A stretch of 64,000 bases of DNA, taken from contig JAJRZR010000044.1 in assembly GCA_024275145.1 (NCBI GenBank), positions 863 through 64,862 of the forward strand, written 5' to 3'. The notes beneath the pieces are model-generated. The model saw nothing but the letters and a program-made list of their open reading frames with translations. It made no database searches and was not told the DNA's origin. Within the stretch, counting starts at the first letter, position 1. Every line of letters begins with the position of its first letter. Shown here in pieces: positions 16,835 through 27,125 of this stretch. Both the position numbers and the translations under genes were made by a program. The stretch is from Deltaproteobacteria bacterium (GTDB lineage: Bacteria; Desulfobacterota; Dissulfuribacteria; Dissulfuribacterales; QOAL01).

Positions 16835-19495
16835 TCAGGGGCCGACGATCACCAGCACGTAGGCCTCGGTATTGAGGAATTTCTTTGCCGCATCCATTAC
16901 CTGATCACTGGTGACCTTTCCTATCTGCTTAATGTATTCTGAGGAATAGTTGTAGCCCAGGCCGTAGAGTTCATTGAGCGCCATATCCATGGCCTGTGCG
17001 CCGTTTGTCTGAAGGCCTATTTCGTATCTTCCAATCAACCATTTCTTTGCCCTTTCCAACTCATCGTTGCCTACTGGCTCGTCCAGAATCTGGTAGATTT
17101 CCTTCCAGAGGGCCTTTTGTGCCCTGCTTTTCTTCTCAGGGGCACAGGCGATATAGAAGGCAAAGGAGCCATAATCCAGCCCGAGGCCAAGAAACGATGT
17201 GACCGAATAGGCAAGGCTTTTCTTGTCCCGCAGATCGGTGAAGAGGCGACCGCCCTGGCCGGACAATATTGCATTCAAGACCTCCAGTGAATAGCGTTCA
17301 GGGCTACTGATAGTGGTTCCAGGGAATCCAAGTACTATATGGTCCTGTTGTTTTTCCCTTTTAAGGTTCAAAAAACGTGGTGAGTCAAGTGGTTCAGGGG
17401 CAGGAGGGGTGGGGAGCACGAAGTCTGTTTCTGCCTGCCAACCTCCAAACAGGGTCTTGATCTCGGAGATGACCTCATCGGTGTTTACGTCTCCTACTAT
17501 TGATAAAACCCCACGTTCGGGGACCGCGTAGTCCTTGTATGCCTTCTGGAGATCTGCAGCCGTCAAGGTCTTTATCGTTTCGACTGTGCCAAGAGGGTTC
17601 ATGCCATAGGGGTGCGGTGAAAACAGAAGCCTGTTGAATTCCCTTATGGCCACCCCGGGCAGATAATCTTCTTGCTGCCTTATCCTTGCTATTATGAGTT
17701 GCCTGAGTTTTTCGACTTCGTTCGTGGGGAAGGTCGGGGTGAGGACGATCTCAGTAAAAAGGCCAAGGCCTTTTTCCAGGTTCTGGGTAAGGAAGCGGCC
17801 TTGCAGGCCAAAGGTGTTCTGGCCGGAAAAACCGCTGATACTTCCGCCCATACCGTCGATCATCTCTGAGATCCCAAGGGCACTGTGGGAATCGGTTCCC
17901 TTGGTCCAGGCCCTTGCAAGGAAATTGAAAAGGCCGTTGTTCTTGGGCCGTTCATACCTGACTCCCCCGGGGAATACAAGCCTTACGGCCACAGTTGGGA
18001 CCTCTGGCGCCTCGAGAATCAGAACGGTTAGGCCATTTGTGAGGGTAAAGCGTCTGACCGGCCGCACCAATATGCCGGCGCCGCCTGCCTCGATTCCCGA
18101 GGCCTCAAGCTCTGCTTCCTGGGCGGTGATCCCCAGGTCGTCAACGGTAAGTGCAGGGATATGGCCTTCAGGGGCTATGAGACTTACTGAAAAATTTTTC
18201 CGTCCCAAATACTTGCGGGCTACCCTCTGGATATCTTCGGCACTTACCTTTCTGATCCTTTCCAGGTATATCCTTTCTGCCGCTGGGTCGCCGGCCATGG
18301 TTTGAAAGAGCCCCAGTTTTCTGGCCTCTCCCTCCATGGTCTCCTGGCTGTAAACGAAGCCGGTCTCCACCTGTATCTTTGCCTTTTCCAATTCTTCGTC
18401 AAGGACCTGTTCATTCTGCAACCGGTAGATCTCCTTAAGGATTTGGGATAGGGCAGGCTGGATGTTTCCAGGATCCAGGGTGGCGGTTACCTCAAAAAGC
18501 CCTGGGCCAGCCGGAGTGAAGGCCGAGGCATCGATGCTGTGGACCAGTTGCAGCCTTTCCTTGAGGGCCTGTGCAAGCCTGGAGCTATCGCCCCTTCCAA
18601 GCAGGGCTGCCAGGACGTCTATGGCAGGCACATCAGGACCATTGAAGTCAGGAATGCCGGAAAAGGCAATGGCCAGGTATCCCTCGTTTATGTCCATGGC
18701 CTCTGCTGATAGCCTGGGTTTTTCTTGGGCGGGTTCCGAAGGTTCCTGGGATGGTTCTGCCGCAATGGCCTCAGCACCTCCGAAGGTATCCCTGATCAAG
18801 GATAACGCCCTGTTAGACTCTACGTCGCCTGCAACCACGACCGACATGAGCGCTGGCCTGTATCTCCTGGCCATATAATCCAATATATCCTGCCTGGTAA
18901 AGGACTTGACGGTCTCAGGGTACCCAATTACCGGTCTGCGGTACGGATAGACCTTGTAGGCGGTCTCCATGAGCATTCTGTACAGTCTTGCCTGGGGGCT
19001 GTCCTCCCTCATTCGCATCTCTTCCAGAACGACCTTTTTTTCCCTTTCGAGTTCCTTGCTGTCAAATGTGGAATGAAAGACTGCATCCGATAGTATATCG
19101 AGGGCCGTATCCAGATACTGCTTGGGGACGACGCAGTGATATACCGTGTAATCCACTGAGGTGTAAGCATTGATGGTGCCACCCACCGATTCGATGGCCC
19201 TGGCCAGCTCACCTGGTCCTCGTTTTTTCGTGCCCTTGAAGATCATGTGTTCAATGAGATGGGTAATTCCAGCCTCTTTATCGGTTTCATAGGCACTTCC
19301 TGCCTTAACCCATACCTGGACTGCGACCACAGGTGCCCGGTGGCTTTCCTTGACGATGGCATTAAGGCCGTTTGGCAACACGACCTTGCTGAGCCCTGGT
19401 AAGAGTTCCTTGGCCCTGGAGGTCAGGGGAAAGGCTGCGAGCAAGCAGATAGCCGCCAACAGAAACGGTACGAAGGTTTTAGTGGTCAGAAGCAT
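16835..19495 (-). CDS. M16-family (pitrilysin/insulinase-like) zinc peptidase, duplicated two-unit form, secreted
   Basis: Signal peptide. HLIEHMIFKGT inverted zinc motif. 886 aa with two M16 units. Confidence 0.85.
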   Translation of the reverse strand: MLLTTKTFVPFLLAAICLLAAFPLTSRAKELLPGLSKVVLPNGLNAIVKESHRAPVVAVQVWVKAGSAYETDKEAGITHLIEHMIFKGTKKRGPGELARAIESVGGTINAYTSVDYTVYHCVVPKQYLDTALDILSDAVFHSTFDSKELEREKKVVLEEMRMREDSPQARLYRMLMETAYKVYPYRRPVIGYPETVKSFTRQDILDYMARRYRPALMSVVVAGDVESNRALSLIRDTFGGAEAIAAEPSQEPSEPAQEKPRLSAEAMDINEGYLAIAFSGIPDFNGPDVPAIDVLAALLGRGDSSRLAQALKERLQLVHSIDASAFTPAGPGLFEVTATLDPGNIQPALSQILKEIYRLQNEQVLDEELEKAKIQVETGFVYSQETMEGEARKLGLFQTMAGDPAAERIYLERIRKVSAEDIQRVARKYLGRKNFSVSLIAPEGHIPALTVDDLGITAQEAELEASGIEAGGAGILVRPVRRFTLTNGLTVLILEAPEVPTVAVRLVFPGGVRYERPKNNGLFNFLARAWTKGTDSHSALGISEMIDGMGGSISGFSGQNTFGLQGRFLTQNLEKGLGLFTEIVLTPTFPTNEVEKLRQLIIARIRQQEDYLPGVAIREFNRLLFSPHPYGMNPLGTVETIKTLTAADLQKAYKDYAVPERGVLSIVGDVNTDEVISEIKTLFGGWQAETDFVLPTPPAPEPLDSPRFLNLKREKQQDHIVLGFPGTTISSPERYSLEVLNAILSGQGGRLFTDLRDKKSLAYSVTSFLGLGLDYGSFAFYIACAPEKKSRAQKALWKEIYQILDEPVGNDELERAKKWLIGRYEIGLQTNGAQAMDMALNELYGLGYNYSSEYIKQIGKVTSDQVMDAAKKFLNTEAYVLVIVGP

Positions 19496-19758
19496 GTCGG
19501 GAGTTCTCCTTTATCAATAAACTTCTGTAATATCAAGAAGATATAGGGTTGTGAAAATTTGGACCGCTGTCTTATTAAGCCTTGACAGAATGTGTGAGTT
19601 TTGGTACACGTCCATATGTTATATATCTATCCTATATATTCGACTGGTTATAAATATCTTTATTTTCCTATGGGCGCAAGCAGTTCCGGGGGAGCAGCAC
19701 CACAAGGACCGGTTGAATCATGCCTTTAAATATAAATAACTTGGGGAGGAGCTTTTGA

Positions 19759-21003
19759 ATGGGTGAAGAAAGTGTCTTCGCTAGCAAAGTCAAGGGACTG
19801 TACAAGGCCTTATGCCAGACGGAGTGGAATGCAACTACTGCGGGCATAATAGTCGGGCTTCTGACTATTTTGATAATGGCCTGGTGGCGTCCATGGGGCG
19901 CAGTCGGTGCTGTCAGAAACTGGGGAGACTGGGTCTTATATGGGATCGCCCACATGACAGGGAGCGATTGGGGATTCCTGGGCCTTTTTGACGAACCCCC
20001 GAAACACTGGCTGCGGAGTTCCGGTTCGGTAATAGGGATTGGTTTCGTAGCAGGTGCATTTCTCTCTGCAAACCTCGGCAACGATTTCGCTCTTCGTTTT
20101 CCACCAATTTTAGAGCTGGTCAAGGCAATGGTGGCAGGTATCTGCATGGGCGTCGGTGCTGCACTGGCAGGCGGATGTAACGTGGGCGGGTTCTATTGTG
20201 CCATAGGCAACCTGGCGGCCAACGGGTTTACCATGTGGCTTGGCCTCGTCATAGGTGTTATCATCGGCCTGAAGTACATATATTGGGAGATGGAACACAT
20301 TACGTGGGGGAGCGGGGGCGCAAAAACCATTGATTTTCCTTACGCACTAAAGATCATCATTGGAATTATTACCCTTGGCCTCCTCATATGGGGCGCATAT
20401 CAATACGCTGGAAGCGATAGCGATTATGTGGCCTCCTTGAGTGGTATATTGATAATCTCCGCTGGCCTTGGTTATACGATGCAAAGAGGACGCTGGTGTA
20501 TGGTGCAGGGCTTCAGAGAGCCTCACATGACCGGTGATTGTAAGATGGCCAAGTCGGTAGCGCTCAGTATTGCCATCGTTGCGGTAGGGGCCGTTGTTCT
20601 GAAATACGGGGTTCCGGTCAGGGCCGATGGTGATCCGGTCCTTGCCCCGATCAACTACGTTCGAGGCACTTTTGGCTGGGGCTCCATCGTGGGAGGCATG
20701 ATCTTTGGTTTTGGGGCAATGCTTGCCGGTGGTTGCGGTACCGGTACGCTCTGGCGTGTAGGCGAGGGCCAGATAAAGCTTTGGTTGGTAGTGCCCTTCT
20801 TTGGCATTTCCAATGCCATCATGGATGCCTGGTTCAAAGACAATGACTTTGAGGCCGATGGCGTACTCGGTAAATATGTCTATCTTCCAGATACGTTCCT
20901 GGGATATGGAGGTACCCTGGCCCTTATCTTCATTGCCATGTTGCTATGGTATCTGATCGTAGACTGGAACGAAGATACAAATAAGCTTTTGGTTGAAATG
21001 TAG
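19759..21003 (+). CDS. YeeE/YedE-family sulfur-compound transporter
   Basis: Polytopic, with two sulf_transp-like halves carrying conserved Cys motifs LAGGCNVGG and LAGGCGTGTLWRVGEG. Confidence 0.8.
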   Translation: MGEESVFASKVKGLYKALCQTEWNATTAGIIVGLLTILIMAWWRPWGAVGAVRNWGDWVLYGIAHMTGSDWGFLGLFDEPPKHWLRSSGSVIGIGFVAGAFLSANLGNDFALRFPPILELVKAMVAGICMGVGAALAGGCNVGGFYCAIGNLAANGFTMWLGLVIGVIIGLKYIYWEMEHITWGSGGAKTIDFPYALKIIIGIITLGLLIWGAYQYAGSDSDYVASLSGILIISAGLGYTMQRGRWCMVQGFREPHMTGDCKMAKSVALSIAIVAVGAVVLKYGVPVRADGDPVLAPINYVRGTFGWGSIVGGMIFGFGAMLAGGCGTGTLWRVGEGQIKLWLVVPFFGISNAIMDAWFKDNDFEADGVLGKYVYLPDTFLGYGGTLALIFIAMLLWYLIVDWNEDTNKLLVEM

Positions 21004-21065
21004 AGTGCTGTTCAAAAATCTGGTTAACCCTTTGGCAAGACTATCTAAATTAAAAAGGAGGAGTT

Positions 21066-21323
21066 ATGAGCGAATACAAACAAGCCCCGGAAGGTTTGCA
21101 GGTAGCGAGGACGCTGGATGCAAAGGGCCTCAGCTGCCCGATGCCGCTTCTTAGGACCAAGAAAGAGATAGAAAAGGTCAACTCTGGTGAGATCCTTGAG
21201 GTTCTGGGCACCGATCCTGGTTCCCGTAACGATATCCCGGGATGGTGTGCCCGTGCAGGCCATGAGTACCTGGGGGAGAAGGAAGACGAAGGTTTCTTTC
21301 ATTTCTTCATAAAGAAAAAATAG
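21066..21323 (+). CDS. TusA-family sulfurtransferase
   Basis: LDAKGLSCPMPLL active-site motif, 85 aa. Confidence 0.85.
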   Translation: MSEYKQAPEGLQVARTLDAKGLSCPMPLLRTKKEIEKVNSGEILEVLGTDPGSRNDIPGWCARAGHEYLGEKEDEGFFHFFIKKK

Positions 21324-21428
21324 GTTTCTCGGTCCCGGCGATTAAAAGCAGCCATTTTAGATACATTGTATGTATCAAGATGGCTGTATGGCAATATTAA
21401 GACCAAATATTAAGGGAGGATACCACGG

Positions 21429-21761
21429 ATGTCAGCCGATCCAAACAAATTGGGGATTTTTGTCACGTCTCCCCAGCACATGCGGCATATTTTGGGCATT
21501 ACCCATGCCGCTGTCAGGGCTGGGAAGAAGGTTCAGGTATTTTTTACATTCAAGGCGATTCACCTCACCAAGCACCCGGATTTCGTAAAGCTTGCCAACC
21601 TCTGTGATATTGAGGAGCTTGCTATCTGCGCCGATAGTTATACCTGCGAGGGATATGACGTAGAAAAGGATGTACCCAAGGGTTTGGTGCCCCGTCAGAT
21701 GCGTACCCAGGCATTTCACGGCGCGATCATTGATGAATGCGGTAAATATATAGTTCTTTAA
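21429..21761 (+). CDS. DsrE/DsrF-like small protein
   Basis: 110 aa. LGIFVTS...GKKVQVFFT...ICADS pattern. GGAGGA RBS. Confidence 0.5.
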   Translation: MSADPNKLGIFVTSPQHMRHILGITHAAVRAGKKVQVFFTFKAIHLTKHPDFVKLANLCDIEELAICADSYTCEGYDVEKDVPKGLVPRQMRTQAFHGAIIDECGKYIVL

Positions 21762-21777
21762 AAACGGAGGCTTAAGA

Positions 21778-22119
21778 ATGGAGTCAAAAAAGATATATTT
21801 CCTTTTAACCAACAGGATGTACGCAGGAGATGCCGTGCGTTCTTCCTTGGGCCTCGCCATAGAGAATCATTACTCCTACCCTGTCTTCCTGCATGAGGAA
21901 TACCCAAGGTTCTCCAACTACGTGACAGAGAACATAGACTGGATCAGGGATATGGAAGGTGATGCATTTACTGTTGACGCGGATTCACCCGAGGGCGTGG
22001 AATTGACAAAAATTTCCCTGGAAGAGCTTGGGGAAAAACTGCGTGAGGCAGATTTTATAATTCCTTACGGCCTGCCAAAGCAGTCCAAGACTCCGCCGCC
22101 GGCTTGCTCAGAAGAGTAG
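21778..22119 (+). CDS. Conserved hypothetical protein of the YedE-TusA-DsrE-like cluster
   Basis: 113 aa, ACGGAGG RBS, tightly packed after the DsrE-like gene. Confidence 0.5.
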   Translation: MESKKIYFLLTNRMYAGDAVRSSLGLAIENHYSYPVFLHEEYPRFSNYVTENIDWIRDMEGDAFTVDADSPEGVELTKISLEELGEKLREADFIIPYGLPKQSKTPPPACSEE

Positions 22120-22134
22120 AGGGGGGATATCAAC

Positions 22135-22326
22135 ATGAGTGAAGAAAAAAAGATGAAAATATTGCAGGTGTATCGTTCCGAGCCCTGCGAAAGCGTAAAG
22201 AAACTTGTAGAGATATTGAACAGGGACAGGGATGCCATGGAATTCAAGCTGTATGTTGGGGATCCCAACTATGACAACCTGGTCGAGATGATTTTTGAAG
22301 CGGATCAGACCGTATGTTGGTGGTAG
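22135..22326 (+). CDS. Small conserved hypothetical protein of the YedE-TusA-DsrE-like cluster
   Basis: 63 aa, purine-rich RBS, last gene before the terminator. Confidence 0.45.
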   Translation: MSEEKKMKILQVYRSEPCESVKKLVEILNRDRDAMEFKLYVGDPNYDNLVEMIFEADQTVCWW

Positions 22327-22385
22327 TTGCCAATTAAAACTTGAAGGCAACTCCTCAAGGTTTTGTCTATATGTATGAGCAGATG

Positions 22386-22422
22386 AAAGGCCCCGCTGGT
22401 ATCTATCCAAGGGGCCTTTTTT
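22386..22422 (+). terminator. Rho-independent terminator of the sulfur-relay operon
   Basis: AAAGGCCCC-16 nt-GGGGCCTTT followed by a T-run. Overlaps the stop of the convergent cbiFG gene. Confidence 0.65.
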
Positions 22423-24271
22423 ATGCCCCTTCAGTCTCCAGTATGAATTGCCTTGCCGCCAGGGCCATGGTGACATCCCTGGTCTTTTCCTTCTTTATGT
22501 AAAGCATCGCTTCCTTGCCAGCGGCCAGAATAGCGGATGGCTCGGCGACACCTGATGCGCCAACGGCCTTGAGGGCGTGGATGGAGATACCCTCCAGGGG
22601 AACAGCATTCAGTTCGTCTGCCGGGAAAAAGACTACTTCCATTTTCCAATCCCTTGCCAGTGCGGTTATGCAACGTTCGTCTCTCTTTGCATCAATAGTT
22701 GATATACAGAAGATGGTGTCCCGGCTGATATGGTGCCTTGCAAGGAATGCCTCAACGGCCCTTTCCAGGACTAGGGTGCTAGTGCCCCGGTTGCAGCCCA
22801 GTCCAAGGGCAAAGATTCGTGGATAGAGACGAAGGATCTCACGCGATGCAGGGGGGGAAAGGAATGGAGATATGATAACATGGGCCTTTTCCCTGTCAGG
22901 TACCAGGTTCAACCCGTGTGGGAGCCCACTTACATGGATGATTGGATCCACAAAGACATCAGCGGAACCATGGGCCACGATATGGGCAGAGGCCGTCTTC
23001 ACCTTTTCCCATGAATCAGGAACAAGCCCTTGATGCCTTACCCACAGGTCCAGGGAAACCAGGCCCAGGGCATCCGAGGCCGTGGTTATTACGGGATTCA
23101 TGCCCAGCCCTTTCGCGATTTCAATGGCAAGCCTGTTGGCACCGCCGATATGGCCCGAAAGCAGGCTGATGACATTGCGCCGGGATTCGTCCATCACTAC
23201 CACTGCCGGATCATGGAACTTGTCTCCAATCAGGGGGGCGATGACCCTGACCACTATCCCGACAGCCATGATGAAAATCAGTCGATTTCCCCTGGCCCAA
23301 TATCTTTTGAATCCCCCCTTTGCCATTATCCTTTTGTAGGAAAGCAGCTTGGGATGAGAACCAGGGCCAAGATGCCGCGCCACCTTCTCTGCCAGGGCCT
23401 TTCCTCCGGGTGTGATATATGTGATCAGGGTGATAGGGGAGGCCGGCCGGTCTTCAAGGTGAGGCATCCTTTCCGGGTCTGCCCTGCGATAGCCATGGGA
23501 AAAACCAGGATGATAGAGTAGTGATCTCTTTGTTGCTGTCTTACTGTCCTGCCGCAGTGCGTCGCCTACCAGGATGACAGCGGTTTTTTTGATTCCTGTG
23601 TCTTCTATTATCTTTTTTAGATCCTTGAGCCTTCCAACATATGTCCTTTCTTCTGGCCAACTGACCTTTTCCAGAACAGCTACCGGGGTTTCAGGTCCGT
23701 ATCCCCCGGTCAACAGTTTCTTTTGGACCTTTTCAATGTGACCAACGCTCAGGTAAAGGATCAGGCTGGCCCCAAGGGCTGCAATCTTTTCAAGCTCCTC
23801 CGGGGCAGGCACAGGCGTGCGACCGGAGGCCCTGGAAAATATTACGGTCTGGCTGATGCCTGGAACCGTCAATTCCCTGCCCAGGCTGGCTGCAGCCGCA
23901 AGACCTGCAGTTACCCCGGGAACAACAAAGAAGGGAATATCCTGCAAACGAAGCCGATGGATTTGTTCGTGGATGGTGCTGTACAGCGTTGGATCGCCGG
24001 TATGGAGCCTGACGACCCGTTTGCCCGCAAGTACATTTTTTGTAATCAGGGAGATGACCTCTTCCAGGGTCATGCCCGCAGAGTTGAAAATTGTTGCCTT
24101 AAGCCCTCTTACCAGGGCGGAAGGGATCAAGGAGCCGGTGTAGATAACCAGGTCCGCCTCTTTGAGCAGGCGTCTGCCCTTGACGGTAATCAGACCAGGA
24201 TCTCCTGGGCCTGCGCCCACGAAGGCAACCGGATATATTGTTTCTGGTCGAGGTGGATCGTCTGTAGACAA
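22421..24271 (-). CDS. Fused cobalt-precorrin-4 C11-methyltransferase (CbiF/CobM) and cobalt-precorrin-5A hydrolase (CbiG)
   Basis: N-terminus VAFVGAGPGDPGLITVKGRRLLKEADLVIYTGSLIP. C-terminus LGLGCNRGTS...ISTIDAKRDE typical of CbiG. Confidence 0.8.
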   Translation of the reverse strand: MSTDDPPRPETIYPVAFVGAGPGDPGLITVKGRRLLKEADLVIYTGSLIPSALVRGLKATIFNSAGMTLEEVISLITKNVLAGKRVVRLHTGDPTLYSTIHEQIHRLRLQDIPFFVVPGVTAGLAAAASLGRELTVPGISQTVIFSRASGRTPVPAPEELEKIAALGASLILYLSVGHIEKVQKKLLTGGYGPETPVAVLEKVSWPEERTYVGRLKDLKKIIEDTGIKKTAVILVGDALRQDSKTATKRSLLYHPGFSHGYRRADPERMPHLEDRPASPITLITYITPGGKALAEKVARHLGPGSHPKLLSYKRIMAKGGFKRYWARGNRLIFIMAVGIVVRVIAPLIGDKFHDPAVVVMDESRRNVISLLSGHIGGANRLAIEIAKGLGMNPVITTASDALGLVSLDLWVRHQGLVPDSWEKVKTASAHIVAHGSADVFVDPIIHVSGLPHGLNLVPDREKAHVIISPFLSPPASREILRLYPRIFALGLGCNRGTSTLVLERAVEAFLARHHISRDTIFCISTIDAKRDERCITALARDWKMEVVFFPADELNAVPLEGISIHALKAVGASGVAEPSAILAAGKEAMLYIKKEKTRDVTMALAARQFILETEGA

Positions 24272-24274
24272 AGG

Positions 24275-25489
24275 CTAGCCCCCCGAAATGGCCCCTGCCA
24301 TTTTGAAGATTGGAAGATACATGGCCACGATTATCGAACCGATTGTCCAACCCAGGAAAACGATCATAAATGGCTCGATCAGGCTGGTAAGTGCATCCAC
24401 CGCGGTATCCACCTCCTGGTCATAAAAGTCAGCGATCTTGTTCAGCATTTGGTCCAGGGCACCGGTGGTTTCACCCACGGATATCATCTGAACCACCATG
24501 TTGGGAAATATGCCACTTTCCTGTAAGGGCGCGGCTATGGTCCTGCCTTCACTTATACTTGCCCTCACCCCCTTTATGGCCTCTTCCACGATCTTGTTAC
24601 CAGCAGTGCCAGAGGCCACGTTGAGGGCCTCTATTATGGGGACCCCGCTGTTTATGAGTGTGCCCAGTGTCCGGGTGAATTTTGCCACTGCCACCTTCCT
24701 CAGGAGGGGCCCAAAGACCGGTGCCTTCAATATCAGCCTGTCGACGATCTTTCGCCCGGATTTTGTATTGTAATACTTTTTGAACAGGAAGATAGATACC
24801 ACAATTCCTGCCACCATGACAAGGAAATAGGACTTCACGAAGTCACTCAGGTTGACAACCAACTGGGTCGGAAGGGGTAAGGCCTTGCCGAAGTCGGCGA
24901 ACATCTTCTGAAATACGGGGATGACAAAGATAAGGATAACGGCCAGGACCAGGAAGGCAATGGCAAGTACGATGGTCGGGTAGGTGAGGGCGCCCTTGAC
25001 CTTGCTCTTCAACGCTTGGGCCTTTTCCATATAGGCCGCAAGGCGGCGGAGTACCTCGTCAAGGATGCCGCCCATCTCTCCTGCTGCCACCATGTTGCAA
25101 AAGAGCCTGTCAAATTGCTTTGGGTGCTTTTTCAGCGCATCGGCAAAGGTGGCACCACTTTCTACGTCGGCCTTTATCTCTTGAAGGATCTTTTTGAGTG
25201 TCGGGTTGTCTTGTTGCGTTGCCAGGATTTCCAGGCCTTGGATCAAGGGCAGGCCGGCATCGATCATGGTGGAAAGCTGCCGGGTAAATATTACAATATC
25301 CTTTGTTTTGACCTTGGGTTGCAGGAACGATATGTTTTCAAACAGATCCTTTGGTTTGGTCTTGATCTTTGAGGGTGTTATACGCTGTCTGCGAAGCAGC
25401 AGCCTTGCCGCCCGTTCATCCTGGGCCTCGATTTCACCCTTACGTTTTTCTCCAGATGTAGTGGTTCCTTCCCAAACAAAAACCGCCAT
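24275..25489 (-). CDS. pilC: Type IV pilus assembly / type II secretion platform protein (GspF/PilC family)
   Basis: MAVFVWEGTTTSGEKRKGEIEA... with two T2SSF repeats. The ATG at 25489 is preferred over the ORF-track start at 25549. Confidence 0.85.
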   Translation of the reverse strand: MAVFVWEGTTTSGEKRKGEIEAQDERAARLLLRRQRITPSKIKTKPKDLFENISFLQPKVKTKDIVIFTRQLSTMIDAGLPLIQGLEILATQQDNPTLKKILQEIKADVESGATFADALKKHPKQFDRLFCNMVAAGEMGGILDEVLRRLAAYMEKAQALKSKVKGALTYPTIVLAIAFLVLAVILIFVIPVFQKMFADFGKALPLPTQLVVNLSDFVKSYFLVMVAGIVVSIFLFKKYYNTKSGRKIVDRLILKAPVFGPLLRKVAVAKFTRTLGTLINSGVPIIEALNVASGTAGNKIVEEAIKGVRASISEGRTIAAPLQESGIFPNMVVQMISVGETTGALDQMLNKIADFYDQEVDTAVDALTSLIEPFMIVFLGWTIGSIIVAMYLPIFKMAGAISGG

Positions 25490-26008
25490 GGATGCTCCTT
25501 GGTCAACCTTTAATGGGGATCGTACCCCCAAGATCTCAACCCGTTCCATTTATGGGACACGTGCCTTCCAAAAAGGATATTGGCCCTTTGGAATGCAAGG
25601 GGAACGAGGGAGGTATCATCTCAAACCCCTGTCGATGGTTTTCAGGGACAAATACGGGGACGATCCCATTTCCAGGTAGTAAAAATGCAATAATGGGGCC
25701 TTAAAAATAGAATCGGCCAATAGGCATAAAAACTTTATGGACCATAAAAAGCCGGATTTCTATAGCGCTTGAATTTGTTATAGGTAGCAAGGTAGAAGGC
25801 GCAGATATGCCTGGGTGCTTCACCCCCTGAGAATTCAGCGGATCTGGTAGGGTTGCAATCCCCTTGCGGCATCAAACGTCTTGCCATCGGGCCGTGTTTT
25901 CAATGCCCTTGGGCTACGGCGGAGAAGGGTTGGGTTTGAAGCCGTAGACTTTCGGGGCCGCAAGGCCGATATCTTACAGGTGGCCCTGGGTCATGTCTTC
26001 ACGATGGC

Positions 26009-26332
26009 TCAGAAAAACTTGAACCATGCTTCGTGTGCCTCCTTCAAAGAAAGACCCGGTATTAGATAGACCTTGTTTCTGGATTTGGCACCGGAGTGCA
26101 GGATAATAATCGACTTTGGCACCTTAAATATTTTTGACAGAAATTTTTGACAGGCCTTGTTGGCTGCACCATCAACTGGCGGGGCGTTGACCTTCAGCTT
26201 TAGCCGGTTTTCGTAGACCCCGGCCGCTGCAGTCCGTGTCGCCCTGGGCTGAACCCTTAGCCTTACGAGTATGCCTTCCTTGCCTTCCTCTAGGAAGGCA
26301 AGGGATTTCCCCAATGTTTCAGCCTGTTTCAC
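26009..26332 (-). CDS. DUF167 (YggU) family protein
   Basis: LRVQPRATRT...LKLKVNAPPVDGAANKA...GAKSRNK. Confidence 0.8.
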   Translation of the reverse strand: MKQAETLGKSLAFLEEGKEGILVRLRVQPRATRTAAAGVYENRLKLKVNAPPVDGAANKACQKFLSKIFKVPKSIIILHSGAKSRNKVYLIPGLSLKEAHEAWFKFF

Positions 26333-27125
26333 GGCAATGTCTCAAAAGGGTAGGGCCAAGTTGCTGGACTTCATTGAACATTTTCAGGAAGGAGGATATA
26401 TCCCCCCTTTTGACAATGCCTTCCAATTCCATCGCGTATCGGCTGAAGGTCTCTATGGCCTTGGGACTATGGGGATTGTCTAGCTGTATGGCAGCGTAGA
26501 GCTTAGGGTCCTGAAGGCAGAGCCTGGCTACGATGTTCATCTGCCTTTCAAAGCTTGGTGTGGCCAACTCAAGGATGTGCCTGATGTTGATTTCTTCTTC
26601 TTCCAGCGACTTGCCCAGGCAGAGCAGGATGAAATGATTGAGGGCCTGGACCCAGGCCATGGCACGGTCGTGTTCCTCAGGGGAAAAGATCGTGGTAAGC
26701 GCACCTTGCTCATCCAGTAGTCCCTGCCACCACTTGAGCCATTTGTGGCCACGTCCTGGGCATAGGGCTACCCGTTTGCCTTCTATGCCTTTTTCTCCAG
26801 GGCCGAATAGTGGGTGGGTCCCCGCAACTTCACATTTTGAGTTTTCGAGCATGCAGGCCACCTGTTTTTCTTTGAGCGAGCACAGATCCGTAAGAAACCC
26901 GTTCTCTGCCATGGCCGGTGCTACCTGGGTCACCACCTCTGGAAATACATCCATGGGCACTGCAAGTATTACGACCTGGCATGATTCAGCAAGATCCGTT
27001 GCCTTAAGCTCTGTGTCTACGTCAGAGACTAGGACGGTGAAACCGCATCCGCTGAGGAATTTGTCGAACCACTTTCCCATGCGGCCAAGGCCTCCTACTA
27101 TTCCGATGTTTATGCCCTCATTCAT
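26319..27125 (-). CDS. tyrA: Prephenate (arogenate) dehydrogenase
   Basis: [14 protein letters not shown] Rossmann motif and [14 protein letters not shown]. Sits in the shikimate/aromatic operon. Confidence 0.8.
   Translation of the reverse strand: MNEGINIGIVGGLGRMGKWFDKFLSGCGFTVLVSDVDTELKATDLAESCQVVILAVPMDVFPEVVTQVAPAMAENGFLTDLCSLKEKQVACMLENSKCEVAGTHPLFGPGEKGIEGKRVALCPGRGHKWLKWWQGLLDEQGALTTIFSPEEHDRAMAWVQALNHFILLCLGKSLEEEEINIRHILELATPSFERQMNIVARLCLQDPKLYAAIQLDNPHSPKAIETFSRYAMELEGIVKRGDISSFLKMFNEVQQLGPTLLRHCRETG

Noticed and set aside
25820-25875. Local resemblance (CCCCTGAG ... GGGTTGCAATCCCCTTGCGGCATC) to parts of E. coli 6S RNA
   Set aside because: The two matching pieces are about 25 nt apart here but about 120 nt apart in 6S RNA. 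No closing stem or central bubble is evident, so the resemblance is probably chance.
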